Source: Heteronotia binoei (Eukaryota). From it: a stretch of 64,000 nucleotides of DNA. The translations under genes were made by a program, and so were the position numbers. Shown piece by piece: positions 1 through 31,775 of this stretch; the first letter of the stretch is position 1; each line of letters starts with the position of its first letter. The notes beneath the pieces are model-generated. The model searched no databases. It was not told the DNA's origin and saw only the letters and a list, made by a program, of their open reading frames with translations. The stretch spans positions 63,302,001 through 63,366,000 of the forward strand of contig NC_083233.1 of NCBI RefSeq assembly GCF_032191835.1. The letters run 5' to 3'.

Positions 1-544
1 CGAACCAACAGTTGGTCTGTGAATTTATACTTCTATTAGATGCCGCAGGAGTAGTTTCCAAGTGAATGACCAGTACAGAACGCCAAAAAAATAAGATTTA
101 TTGAGCATTTTAATCCCTCCCTTTCTCTGGTGTTCAAGCAGCATATATGATACCCCCTCCAATTTCATCTTGACAACAGCCCTGTGAGGTAGGTTGGGTG
201 TCTAAAGAATGATTGGCCCAAGGTCTCCGACTAATTTTCATGGTAGATGGGGGACAGTATATTTTAAATATAATCAATAAAAACTGAGTGCACTGAAGTG
301 GCTATATTACTACACTTTAGCCAGTTTAAAATCTGGACTGATTGTTGATTTTGTGGAGCTATTGACGTGAACTTTATAATATATGTGAAGGAACTGTAGC
401 AGAGTCAAAAAATACTGATTGCAGAACTATTTCCCAAGGAGCAGGTAAAACCTTACTTTTCTCCCCTAAATCCTGTTGAATTATATAGACTTTTCTCCCC
501 AAAGATACTAAGTAATATGTTTTAAATGCCATAACCTCTGGAAG

Positions 545-670
545 ATTAGATTCAGAAGGGTAGCCATGTGGATCTAAAGCAGCAGAACAAAGTTTGAGTC
601 TAGTGAAACCTTGGAAACCAGAATAAAACTTCGTTGGTCTTAAAAGGTGCCACAGGACTCAAATATTGTT
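545..670. repeat. Probable Penelope-like pseudo-LTR remnants; also about 4150-4270, 6580-6790, 19090-19170, 40375-40520, 48340-48430
   Basis: Shared motif GTGGCACCTT.AAGAC.AAC..TTTATT and GTAGCC.TGTT.GTCTG, often in inverted pairs; family call from recall. Confidence 0.55.
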
Positions 671-1344
671 CTCTGAAAGATTAGTCTTCGCTAAATGCTG
701 GAAAAGAAAGAGGAGTGCTTGGAAAAACTAAAGGAATACATATCATTGAGGAAACTAACCTATATGTTAGAGTAGTTTGATTAATGGAATGATATTCTAA
801 CTAGGATGATGGTGAACTGAACTTTACAGCCATATGATTTGGCTACAGACCTGAATATGAACTTGTAAAGTTTTGTATCCTACTTTCTTTTTACTGATTA
901 AACATTTTATCTTTAAAATATCCCCACTCATTTAAGAAGCTTGTGTTGTGACTTTGGCACAGCCAGGGCTGTAGCCAGCAAGGTGGAGGGTGGGGGGACA
1001 CATGGGTGGTTCCCCCTGTAGAATCTGCAGTGCTCCCATTCAGTCTTCCCTAATCTTCCCTTTCAGGGTTATCAAAAAGCAGGCGGGGGGGGGGGATGTC
1101 AGCTGGGCACTCCATTATACTCTATGGAGACTGATCCCCCAGGGTATAATGGAGAATCAATACATGAGTATCTGGGGCTCAGAGGAGCTGTTGTTTGAGG
1201 TAGATGCACCAAATTTTCAGCATAGCATCTGGTGCCTCTCCTCAGACAAACCCACTGAGTTTCAAAAAGACTGGGCCAGGGGGTCCAATTCTATGAGCCC
1301 CCAAAGTAGATCCCCCTATCCTCCATTATTTCCAATGAAGGGAA

Positions 1345-2370
1345 GGTATTTAAAAGAAGCACAGTCCCTTTAAATGTGGTGGCCAGAACTCCCTTTGGAG
1401 TTCAATCGTGCTGCTCACATCCTGGCTCCACCCCCAAAGTCCCCAGATATTTCCTGAGTTGGACCTGGCAACTCTAGGCATTATACTGCATTGAAGTCCT
1501 GCCTCTCCCCAAATCCTGTCCTCTTCCTCAGGCTTGACCCCTCAAACCTCCAGGTATTTCCTAACCCAGAGTGGGTCCTGGAGATCTTCTGGAATTACAG
1601 TCGATTTCCAGGCTACAGAGATCAGTTCCCCTGGATAAAATGGCTGCTTTGGGGAGTAGGCTCTACTAAGGCATTACACCGACTTTAGTCCTGCCCTCCC
1701 CTGACTCCCCCCCCCCCCAAACCTCCAGGAAATCTCCAACCAACAGATGGCAACCCTATGCTGCTAGACTAACACTGCTACACGTCCTGAAGTACCCCAC
1801 CGGATTGTTGTAGGGTTGTGGGGGTCTGTGTTGGAAAATACCTGGAGACTTTGGGGGCGCACCCAGGAGAAGGTGGAGTTTGGGGTGGGTAGGGGCCTCA
1901 GCATGGTACAGTGCCATACAGCCCACCCTTCAAAGAAGCCATTTTCTCCAGGGGAGCTGATCTCTGCCAGTTTGACATTAGTTGTAAACTTGGGAGATCT
2001 CCCGACGCCATCTGGAGGCTGGCAACGCTAGATTGTTGTGAGGCTAACACGGAGGAAGGGAGACTCAGGCTTCTGACTGAGCTCCTTAGGAAAAGGATAG
2101 TGACAAACATTAGCAGAGGGAACATCTCTATGGCACGGAATTAAACACAACCCCTCACTTGACTACCCCAAAACAGGGAATGGAGCGGGGGAGGGTTGCC
2201 AGTTCCAAGTTGGGGAACTCCTAGGGATTTAGGGAAGGAGCCTAGGGAAGACAAGGCCATGGAGTCCACCCTCCCAACCATCCCTTTTCTCCGGGTGAAA
2301 TGATCTCTGTAGTCTGGAGATGAGCTCTAATTCCAGGGGATCCCCAGGTTCCACCTGGAGGCTGGCATGC
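1345..2370. mobile_element. Cluster of TAGGGTTGCCA...TGGCAACCCTA non-autonomous DNA elements; more at about 27200-27405, 51304-51500, 51770-51970, 56000-56190
   Basis: Recurrent core GCAGCCATTTTCTCCAGGGGAACTGATCTC and GGGTTGCCA/TGGCAACCC termini in both orientations. Confidence 0.7.
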
Positions 2371-2548
2371 CTGCCTAAGCAGCGACCTACAGTTAAAGAG
2401 AACAACGACTAGTTTAAAGGGTCCGCTCTTAACTTTCGGGCAAGCATCATCTTCCTCTCTATTTTAAGCTCAAGTTCTCCTTGGAACCGGGATGACGCTG
2501 CATTTTCCCATTTGTTAACCCTCCGTCCCTGCCCCAAGAGGCCTTCAC

Positions 2549-2693
2549 CATGATTGCGCTGGATTCTTCCTCTTCTCCTCCAATTCTGGCAGGCCGCCCC
2601 CGAAGCAGCCCCACTCAGTCCTTGGGAAGAGGCCAGCAAAACAGACACACCAACTCTCTCGCCGGGCTCCGACTGGAAGCCTCCTTGTTGTCA
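2549..2693 (-). other. UFD1: Probable UFD1 start-codon exon (5'UTR + ATG only)
   Basis: Minus strand: acceptor tgttctatttcccttag|, 145 nt with no upstream ATG, ending ...gcaatcATG|gtgaag; UFD1 is the head-to-head neighbour of CDC45 in vertebrates and, as recalled, its first coding exon holds only ATG. No further UFD1 coding sequence in window; donor is suboptimal. Confidence 0.5.
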
Positions 2694-2892
2694 CTAAGGG
2701 AAATAGAACACGGGGCAGGAGGCGTTCCTCAGCCTGCCCCTGCCAGGGGGAACTGAATCCTGTCCCTCAATTTTATTTTTAAGACTAGCCTCACTAGCTC
2801 AGAAGCTGGGGATACCTCTGCAATATGTCTGGAATAGTATTGCCCTTTTCAGAAAGTGCAAATGTAGTATAGTTTGCAGATTCCCCGAAAAA

Positions 2893-2919
2893 ACTACATT
2901 TCCCAGAAGGCAGCACGTG
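2893..2919. promoter_or_regulatory. ZNF143/THAP11 (ACTACA..TCCCA) motif plus E-box
   Basis: ACTACATTTCCCAGAAGGC 2893-2911 and CACGTG 2914-2919; motif typical of bidirectional promoters. Confidence 0.7.
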
Positions 2920-3339
2920 GGAATTAAAAGACTTCCACCTCCGTGTGTAATGGAGGTTAAGCCATAGAGATTGGAAACGTACAGCCTTAAACGGCTGGTA
3001 AACATTGAAAGTTAATCATGGGTCTCTGTGAGGTTTCCGCCCCCTAAAGCTTTGACATTATATATATATATATAGTCCTCTATATGTTGCAACACTGAAA
3101 CTGTAGATCGGGAGTTCCGGTGAAAATTGCAGTCTTTTTCGACATTTCTGGTCTAAAATTATATCTGCCCCTTTATTCGTTTTTGCACATTAATTCCTAT
3201 GCGTTTCCACCACTCGAGCCACGCACAAGAAAGTGTCTACCGACCACAATACGGAAATGGAACGTCTTCCTCCCTTAACTCTATAGGTCATTTCCTTTGT
3301 TCTCATCTATTCAGCTGTTGCAGGTACCGGAACGGTTAA

Positions 3340-3540
3340 TGACGATTGGTGGAGCGGCTTGAACGTAACCGTAAGATTTGCCCAATCAACACGTAATAAT
3401 CCTCGAACCGATGTACGTATTGTGAAACGCCATTGGACAATACCGAGAGCGTCTTGGCCAATGAGAGAAAAGAGAGATTTTGGCGCCTTTCTTTGAGCAC
3501 GAATTGCAGGACCGTCTCCGCTTCTGCCGCCATTATCATC
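3340..3540 (+). promoter_or_regulatory. CDC45 proximal promoter (G1/S type)
   Basis: CCAAT/ATTGG boxes at 3345, 3382, 3432, 3458; E2F site TTTGGCGC 3479-3486; YY1-like CCGCCAT 3527; CpG-rich. Confidence 0.75.
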
Positions 3541-3568
3541 TTCCTGTCAGCGGAGTCGGTCTCTGATC

Positions 3569-22866
<19,298 letters not shown>

Positions 22867-23129
22867 TGGTAAAGTGGAGCTGAAGGACAGTTTTAAACAT
22901 TTTATTTATAAGTGATTCTACAACATGTGATGGTGGCTGTTGATCCCGTTTTATTGATTTTTTTTTGTTCTTTGTAAATTCTTGATGCCCTGCATGTTTC
23001 TCTTGTATATATGAAAATATGTAAATATAATGTTGTTTTGTCTACCATGCTCTTGTATAGGCTTCATATAAACTTATTTTAATGCATGTCTAGATGTAGC
23101 TAAAGCAAACTTTTACCATATTTTAATCA

Positions 23130-23135
23130 AATAAA
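23130..23135 (+). terminator. Probable CDC45 polyadenylation signal
   Basis: AATAAA about 265 nt after the stop, followed by U/GU-rich sequence. Confidence 0.65.
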
Positions 23136-24857
23136 TTTTTTATTTCACATCTTGGTTGATGTAAGATTACTGTGCTATCTGATACATGGACATCAGTTTT
23201 GTCCTCCCATTCACCTGCTCCTCCATTTTTTAACCCTGGAATGATGGTATGCAATGGTATCTCCAGTTTAAAGGGTCAGGAAGTAAATGATATTAAGGGC
23301 ATCTGCTTGAGACCCCAGAGAGCCACTGAAAAGCTGAGAACTGAATGTTGTCCTTGAGAGTCCAATGGTCATATACTGGAACCTCATGTGTTTACACTTT
23401 GAATGCCTGAGGGCCTTGGTGCAGTCCTTAGAATCTCCAGTTAAAGTATTATAGTTGGGAATAAGCTCTTTGTGAGACATTGAAGGGCTGCTATTGAATA
23501 GACTGTACAGGGCGTGAAAGGCCTGAAAACAAAGCATCTTCTTATGTATTTTGTTTTTCCGGGCCTGGCTCTAAGATCAAACCCTTAATATACCTTTTAA
23601 ACCCCAGCTCCAAATTCAGCCACTTTTTAAAATTATTATTATTTGATGTATCATCCTATCCCAGCTAACACCAGGCTCTGGGTAATTACATCATGCCATA
23701 TAAAACAATTAAAATCAATAAAACAATTTAAAGTGGAACCATGTACAACCCCTCCCCCGAGGCGCCCTACTAATTTTGTTTAATTCTGGACTAGTGGGCT
23801 CTGTGACAATGAGGGGAGACTTGGGAATGGAGGACGAGGTGCCAGCCAGGCAACTGTCTGTCCTCATTCAAAAGCCTGGTGGAACATCTGCCTTACAGGC
23901 CCTGGTGTCATTTGGCAGAGTTCCACCAGGCTGGGGCCAGGACCAAAAAAGCCCTGGCCCTCGTTGAGGACAACAAGACCTCTGGCTGAAAATCTTGCCT
24001 ATCCCTGCTGCTTAAGGCATCCAAATGTCTTTATAACTAGTCCGTACAATAGCAATGAATATTCCCTTGTGTCAGTGGAACAGCCATTAACCCAGCAAAT
24101 CATAACTTTTAAAAGTGTTGCTTGTGGCCAGGAAAGGTACTTGAACAATTGAGCCCTCTAGTGGAAGTCTAAGAACTAAAACTTGGCCATGTCTCCTGCT
24201 ATGCAGTTCAAGCAAATATAAAAATAACTACTTTGATTATACAGGCTTAACTCCTGCGTAGTGACCACTGGCAGCAGGAGGCATGCCAAGAACTCTGAAC
24301 TTTCCTTTGTGGGAAGATTAATGTGCTTCATAGCTGTTTGTTCAAGCTGAGAGTTGGCTGCCACTGGAATTTTAAAATAAAATAGTGAAGGGACTAACAA
24401 ATCGGCTTACGCTGTATTGTGTACATGCATTCCATTTGGTAGTGTTTGAATGCAACTAGAAACATTCCCAAAGGATTATAAAGGAGCATATTTTTCGTTG
24501 CACAATACTTGTTTTCTGTAGAGGCATACTGTGATAGACAACTTTTAATTAGTTGTAGTCTATTAGGATTTAACAAGGGAAGGGTGAGTTGCTTAAGAAT
24601 TTTCTTAAAAGTTCTTTTTATCCTGCTTTTCCAAACCAAGAATCTGCTCAAAATTCATGAAGGTAATTGTAAAAACAATTGCCATTGTTTAAATTGATGC
24701 ATGAAAACAACTAGCACTGAGGAAAGACAACAGAGCAAAATTAAATGTGAAATGAGTATTTCCTTTTGTGTTGCTTCAAAGCTGGAAAACAGCAGTAGAT
24801 GCATCAGCCAGATGAACTGGAGGCTCAGGGAGAAGTGTGGAGTGACAGCGAGAGAAC

Positions 24858-25023
24858 TAGGGTTTTTTTGTAGCAGGAACTCCTTTGCATATTAAGCTAC
24901 ATCCCCTGATGTAGCCAATCCTCCAAGAGCTTACAGGGCCTACTGTAAGCTCTTGGAGGATTGACTACATCAGGGGTATGTGACCTAATATGCAAAGGAG
25001 TCCCTGCTTCAAAAAAAGCCCTG
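24858..25023. mobile_element. Palindromic hAT MITE (type A); also 25738-25919 and 37508-37691
   Basis: Whole element is an inverted repeat; termini (C/T)AGGG...CCCTG; 8-bp TSD GAGAGAAC/GAGGGAAC. Confidence 0.85.
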
Positions 25024-28000
25024 GAGGGAACCATCTTTCAATCATCTTAGCTTATGACACAATAGCCTTTGAATAAAGTAACAGGGCAAGCCTAAATAGA
25101 GTTAGAAGGGTGTAAGTCTGTTTAAATCAATGGGCTTAGAAGGTTGTAACATTTTAGATTTACAGTGTAAACCAGACAGGATGGTTAGTAGAAATGTATG
25201 ATAGAAACACTTTATATAAGATGCACTATCCTTATACTTATGAAAGACAGTGACCTATAGTCAGTAAAATACAGTGCAGTGGTTGACTAATCTCTGCAAA
25301 CGAGGCTAAAGCTCTGTATAGTTTTGTTTTTTAACTCCTGCTACCTCTTTTATTAGCCATTCTTATCAGCTGCTGCGGGTCTTGTATAAAGGATTTCTGG
25401 TCTTGCCCTATCTAATCTTTGCATGTTTTCTTTTTAGATTGCAGTATTTATAAATTGGCCTTTATAGATAAGTCTTACCTATTCTGATGCCAGCTGGCCT
25501 GCAAGGGAGCAATCACTGGCTCTCAATACATGAGCTGGATGTGCTTCTGTAGACATTCAAAAAACAGACAGGTCTGTCCCTGCAGCACAGATGGAATGAT
25601 ACAGATTATAAAGCTGAAATCCCGGAAAAGCCAAAGAGATGCTTGATAGAAAGCTTCTAGTCATGCAGGCTGAAAGGTTGGCATGCTGACTTTTGAAAGT
25701 TTTCCACATAGAACTGCTATAGGCATAATACTGCAGGCAGGGCTTTTATTGTAGCAGGAACTCCTTTGCATATTGGGCCACATGCCCCTGTTGTAGCCAA
25801 TCTTCCAAGAGCTTACATGGTTCTTAGTACAGGACCTACTGTAAACTCTTGGAGGATTGGCTACATCATGGGTGTGTGGCCTAATATGCAAAGGAGCTCC
25901 TGCTACAAAAAAAGCCCTGTCCACAGGAAACAAACGTCTTAAAAATGCGCCTTTCCCGAAGACCCACTCCCCCCCCCCTCCCAAAGAAGATTCCTATAAT
26001 TCTTTAAACCTAGATCTGAAACCCACTAAACTGGCTTCAAACCCTGGGTAGCCATAACTATCCATAATTTTGGTGCTAAACGCCCCTGGGTAGAGATCTG
26101 GCTTTCATTTAGCTTACTGGTCAGTTAAGAGCCAGCACAAAGCCTGCTGTTGTCCTCTTGTCTTCACACTAACACACGAGAGGGAAAAGTGTCTAGGTTG
26201 TACAATCTTAAACTGCGGGTGGTGGAGCTACACATAACTAAACGTTGCTTTATAATGTCTGCATGTGGAAAAACACATCCAGGAGGAGGAGGCAAACCTT
26301 GTTTACTGCAATAATGATGCCCATAGTTAGGAAATGGAAATCATAAAATAGACTGTTCTGAGAATAAAATAAAGCCAATTAAATTGTAGCTCACCTCAAG
26401 CCAATTTACGTTTTCAAAAGACATCATTCCAACTCATTTTGATCAATGAGGCCACTAACTTGTAATAAAGGACTAGATGGGGAAATCGCTCGTTTGGCTA
26501 CTGTTTTCAACGTCACAAAAAAATCAACTTGGAGTAAAGTCAGACTTATTTCTTCACAGAGCCTTAAAATTCTGTACTGACTTAAAACCTCTGGCATTCT
26601 GCAGCTGCGTATTTTGCCAGCAGGAAATATTGAGGCACATTAAGTAGATGAAGGATAATAGGAATTCAAGGTGACAGGAACCTTTCCCTTGATTGCAGGC
26701 TGAGTTTCCGTAATTTGTGGATGTTTCGTTCCATAATTATTGCTTGTACTGTGGCAGAGTTCAAGAAGTGAGGCAGCGATCAGATAACTAGCCTTGCATG
26801 CTCTGAGTGGCCTTCAGTATATTGGCATGGGAGCTTCTGGTTCTTGTGGAATACCTAGGCAAACGGAGCTCTAGTTGGTCCTTGGACTTCCCATGTAGGG
26901 TTGCCCAGAGGCCTGGAGAAAAATATCCCGTCCCTTAAACATAGACTTGACAAGTGGAAATGGGCAGCTGAAGCTTTTCAAGGTCTGGAGGTCAATAATA
27001 TGCCCTGGTAAATAGACCATTAAGTATTAAAGGGACATGACATACTACTTCAAGCCTGTTGGCAATGTCTTCCCGTCTGGCCCTCAATAGCAGCCCTGAT
27101 TCCTGCAATGCTCTCCCAGTTAGGCATCTCTGCCACCACTCTAAGTGACCAAGTTGCTGAATAATGGGAAAGTTCAGACACAGCAGTGCATTAAGCATGG
27201 AGGTTTGCCAACCTCCAGGTGGTGGCTGGAGATCTCCTGGGATTATGACTGATCTCCAGGGGACAGAGATCAGTTCATCTGGAGAAAAGGGCCACTTTGG
27301 AAGGTGGACTGACATTATAACCCATTGAAGTTCTTCTCCTCCCTGCCCTCAGATTCCACTCCCAAGATCTCCAAGTATTCCTGAACGTAGAGCTGGCAGC
27401 CCAACTTAATATTGGTGTTCAGATCTGAATTTTAAAAGTGGTTTGTGTTTAAAAAAATGACCAACAATCATCATAGGGCATACAAACTTCTTTATCATCA
27501 GCTTTTTTGATAGGAAAAAGCCCAGCAGGAACGCATTTGCATATTAGGCCACACCCTCTGACCACCAATGTCTCACATCGGGCTTTTTGTAGAAAAAGCC
27601 CAGCAGGAACTTATTTGCATATTAGGCCACACCCCTTGACACCAAGAACTGCGTTCCTGCTAAAAAAAAAAGCCCTGCTTACCATTAATGACATATTAGA
27701 GAAAATCAGAACACACTGAATTGTACAAAATAAGAGGGTATGAACTGAATTCAGACAAATAGCTATAACATTGATAGAGCTGTGGAGCCAATTTAGAAAT
27801 GGCCTCACTGTATTCAGGTCAAATGCACTTTTCCTCCTCTTTCTCATGGCAAACTGATGGTGAGGTTTATTTAATGCTGTGTGTGTGTGTTATGGTACCA
27901 TAATATTTGAATTCAGGTACTGATTTGAAAGAAATGATGGTTAGACCAGCCTTTGTTTTCTGCTGGACGGAATTGAGCATAGAAGCTATTTGTTCACAGG

Positions 28001-28592
28001 CCTGTGCTATCGTAATTTGTTCCTGCAAGGCTGGTGATATTTCCAGAGCAGACAGCAGGTACCTTTTGGTGGTATAATAGCTCCTGCAGCTCTTGGGGGT
28101 GCTTTTTTGTGAAAGCCCAGCGAAAGCAAGGCCAGCACTGCCTGTCTCTTTCAATTCCTTCCAACTCAGTGACAGGTGTGTCTGATTTTCTCCTGACACG
28201 CTGCAAAAGGCTGGTTAAATGAAAGTAAATTCCATGGAATTAAACAGTGGAAAAGCTTTTGATTTATTAATAGACGGGTTATTAAAAAAAAGGGAATCGG
28301 CCATCTGTAAGCCTTTTAATTGCTGCATGGCAGACAGAATTTCAGCTGGTACTGCTCTCCCCATTGCTGAATTCCTGTACCAGAACCATCACCCGCTGGC
28401 AGAATTTCTGCCTGTTGCAGAGGTTTCTTTCATTTTAAAAGGTGGCAATCCTTATATGGCTGACACTACTTATTAGAGATTCTCAGTCCTCCTGAATGAC
28501 AGGAGCCAGCCTTTTTATAACTTTCCCTCAACTGGTCTTGTTGATCAGTAGAAGTAGAATGATGCAATGTAATGTATATAAACTCTGCATAC

Positions 28593-28745
28593 TCTGGCCT
28601 GGATGGCTCAGGCTAGCCTGATCTCATCAGATCTCAAAAGCTAAGCAGGGTCAGCCCTGGTCAGTGTTTGGATGGGAGACCACCAAGGAAGCCCAGGGTT
28701 GCAATGGCAAACCACCTCTGAATGTCTCTTGTCTTAAAAACTTGA
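28593..28745 (+). mobile_element. 5S rRNA-derived SINE with BovB-type tail (5S-Sauria-like); other copies 35785-36150(+), 50430-50575(-), 56870-57015(-), head only near 30712-30750
   Basis: GATCTCATCAGATCTC..AGCTAAGCAGGGTCA (box A, 28639-28653)..TGGATGGGAG (box C, 28669-28678) follows 5S rRNA, then GCAATGGCAAACCACC. Confidence 0.85.
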
Positions 28746-30174
28746 TAGTACTTTACACTACCAAACTATGTGCACACACCTATCCCAATCCAAATTCTGC
28801 AGCAAAAATATATTAACACAATAAGGTAATGGAAGGGGAAGGGTTATATAATGGAAGGAGCTGTGGCAGAAAGTCCCCAATTGAATCCCCAGTGTCTCCA
28901 GCTGGAAGGACCAGATAGGAGGTGATGGGACAGACCTCTGCCTGAGACCCTGGAGAGCCGCTGCCAGTCTGACTGACTTTGATGGACCAAGGTCTGATTC
29001 AGTAAAAGGCAGTTTCATGGAGTCACTGGCTGAAACCGTCAAATGAATTTGCAGAGTTCTACCTGCCACGTTAGGAGCTCTTATACAGCTGTCTTTTCTC
29101 CTGCTTTTTTTTTTTTTTTTGAGGGATCTGTTGCTAGCATGCATATGCAGGTTGCAAGGGTGCCTCACCTCCTGTCTCTTGCAGGGCAGTGAGGTGAGGT
29201 CACTCAGCAGTATTTCTTTTTTAAGCAAAAGCAGAGACTAATTCCAACTGGTGTGACATGCAGCTTCCTGCCACTAGCTGACTTCTCAGTAAGCCCTGTG
29301 CTTGGGTTAACAGAGTGTCCAAGGAAAGTTGAAGACCACTGCAAGCCTGTTCACATTTATAGGACTCTGGTTGTAGAAGTGATGTTACCTTGTGGGATCC
29401 ATTTTAGGAGCTGGAATGGGGAAGCAAATAGTGAGAATTCCGGTCCTGGGAAGTGGAAGAAGGATAAGGTACTCATTGAAGACTTCAAGGCTGTCGCTCT
29501 GCTGCCAGAAATATTCATGTGCAATAGTCAGAAAAGGCCCAGCAGGAACTCATATGCATATTAGGCCACACCCCCTGACACAAAGCCAGCCAGAACAGCA
29601 TTCCTGTGTGTTCCTGCTCAAAAAAGAGCCCTGGATTTAGGAATCAGATTTGTAGGGCAGCAAAGCCCATTCACATCACTTGGCTCTGTGAAATGACGAG
29701 ATTATTCAGAAGTTGTCCAGAGGATTCCAGCTGTATGCCTCACCAGCAAATCCATTGTGTGGCTGCTGTTACCTGGAAACAGACTCCAAAAGGAAATGCC
29801 TCGCTCTAATGTAACTAGTGATTAAATTAACCAAAACCTTGTATCCATAGCCTAAGAAGAGGGGAGGGGAAACAGTACAGGAACTCAGAAAGTGGCAATT
29901 GTATTATTTAAGGAGGAATGAAAAAGAATTGTAACAAAGAATGATGGGGCAGCTTTACAGAACATAATCAAAAATATACTTCAAATTGATATTTAAAATT
30001 ATATAAAATTTTAAACACAGTAGAAGCCAAATTTAAGTTACGTTTGATATCAGTACTTCCTTGGCAAGGCTAATAAGAGGGTGAGAGGAAATAAGTTTTG
30101 AATAGTGCATGGCTCCATGTTTGAAAGGAAAAGGATTTGTGTTAAGAGCCTAGCTCTAGCTGGGATGAAGTAAG

Positions 30175-30670
30175 AACATAAGAGAAGCCATGTTGGATCA
30201 GACCAATGGCCCATCCAGTCCAACACTCTGTGTCACACTGTGGCCCAAAAAACAGGTGCCATAAGGAGGTCCATCAGCAAGGCCAAGACACTAGAAGCCC
30301 TCCCACTATGCCCCTCCCAAGCAACAAGAGTACAGAGCACCACTGCCCCAGACATAAGAACAGAAGAGAAGCAATGTTGGGTCAGTCCAATGGCCCAACC
30401 AGTCCAACACGCTGTGTCACACAGTGGCCAAAAAAACAGGCGCCATCAGGAGGTCCATCAGTGGGGCCAAGACACCAGAAGTCCTCCCACTGTTGTCCCT
30501 CCCCAGGCACCCAGAATACAGAGCATCACCCAGACATAGAGTTCCATCTTTGCCCTGTGGCTAATAGCCACTGATGGACCGCTGCTCCATATGTTGATCC
30601 AATCACATCTTGACGCTATCTATACTTGTAGCTGCCACCACCTCCTGTGGCACTGAATTCCAATAGGAGG
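30175..30670 (-). repeat. Stacked CR1 3'UTR tails; single CR1 tails also at 16720-16945(+), 37180-37265(-), 40770-40925(+), 34940-35200(-), 49265-49530(-)
   Basis: Two diverged copies of AAGAACATAAGAGAAGCCATGTTGGATCAGACCAATGG... starting at about 30175 and 30355. Confidence 0.8.
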
Positions 30671-30749
30671 TGATTCAATAGGAGAAAGGAGAGGAAGAAG
30701 AAATTAAAACTGCCCTGATCTGGATGGCCCAGGCTAGCCTGATTTCTAA

Positions 30750-31775
30750 TCTGGTCAAGGGACTAGAGGCCATGGTGGGATAGTTGAAACAGAGCTGGCT
30801 GAGACTGAACCCATCTAAGATGGAGGTTCTGTGGCTGCGTAGGGGGATTCAAGGCTGCGGTGCAATCGCCTGGCTTTTGACAGTGTGCCTCTAACCAGCA
30901 CCGACAGGAGCCCGAGTGTGTTTCTGGATGCCTCCTTATTGATGGAGGCCCAGATCACAAACATAGCCAGACTGGTGTTTCTTTATCTGTGCTAGACCAG
31001 GCAACCAGCCCCCTTCCTGTCTCCCCTTGATATACCCTCCTCACAATGGTTACCTTCAGGCTAGACTACTGTAACTCACTCTACGCAGGGCTACCCTTAA
31101 GTCTGACCCAGAAATTGCAACAGGTCCTGAATGCAGTGGCACAGGTCCTCACTGGAACCCCACTGACAACACACATTCAACTGGTGCTTCACCAGCTACA
31201 CTGGCTTCAAGTTGAATACCAGATCAGGTTCAAGGTTTTAATTTAATTTAATTGTTTGATTTATATCCCGCAAGTGGACTCTGGGCGGCTTACGACATTA
31301 AAAAAACTTACAAAACATCAAACAGATGACATCCAAACTAATCTCATAATTACAGAATTAACAGAAACCATGATCCACATCATTGGCAACAAGTCATAAA
31401 CCATATATAGGCTGGTAGTGTTCAGCATAACATAAACACCTAGATGGTAAGACGCTGGGGGAAGCAATTATTTGGTATTAGTCAAGGCTCTACATGGTCT
31501 GGGACCAACATATCTATGGAACTGCCTCTCCTGGTATACCCCCCCTCCCGAAGAGCATTATACTTAGGGGAGAAGAATCTGGTGGTGATCCCTGGCCCCA
31601 AAATATCTGGCTGTCTTCAACCCAAGCCTGGACTTTGTTGGCCTTGGAGCCGACCTGGTGGAACTCTCTGCCCGCCGAATGACATACATGCCCTTAGTAC
31701 AATTCCTCAGGGCCTGTAAGAAAGAGATGTTCCACCAGGCCTAAGGTTGAGGACAGCAACGGTTTTCATCGAGCC
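30750..31775 (+). mobile_element. Old degenerate L2 fragment interrupted at about 31243-31480 by an opposite-strand L2-type 3' end
   Basis: RLDYCNSLYAGLP...HWL..EYQIRFKVL resumes as KALHGLGPTYL after the insertion. Confidence 0.8.

Noticed and set aside
990-2756. Cluster of 65-127 aa ORFs at window start
   Set aside because: Translations of non-autonomous DNA elements; same peptides (e.g. KKPFSPGELIS) recur at other repeat copies
28593-28745. Possible 5S rRNA genes
   Set aside because: Diverged, dispersed, lack the 5S 3' end and T-run terminator, and are fused to a BovB-type tail: SINEs
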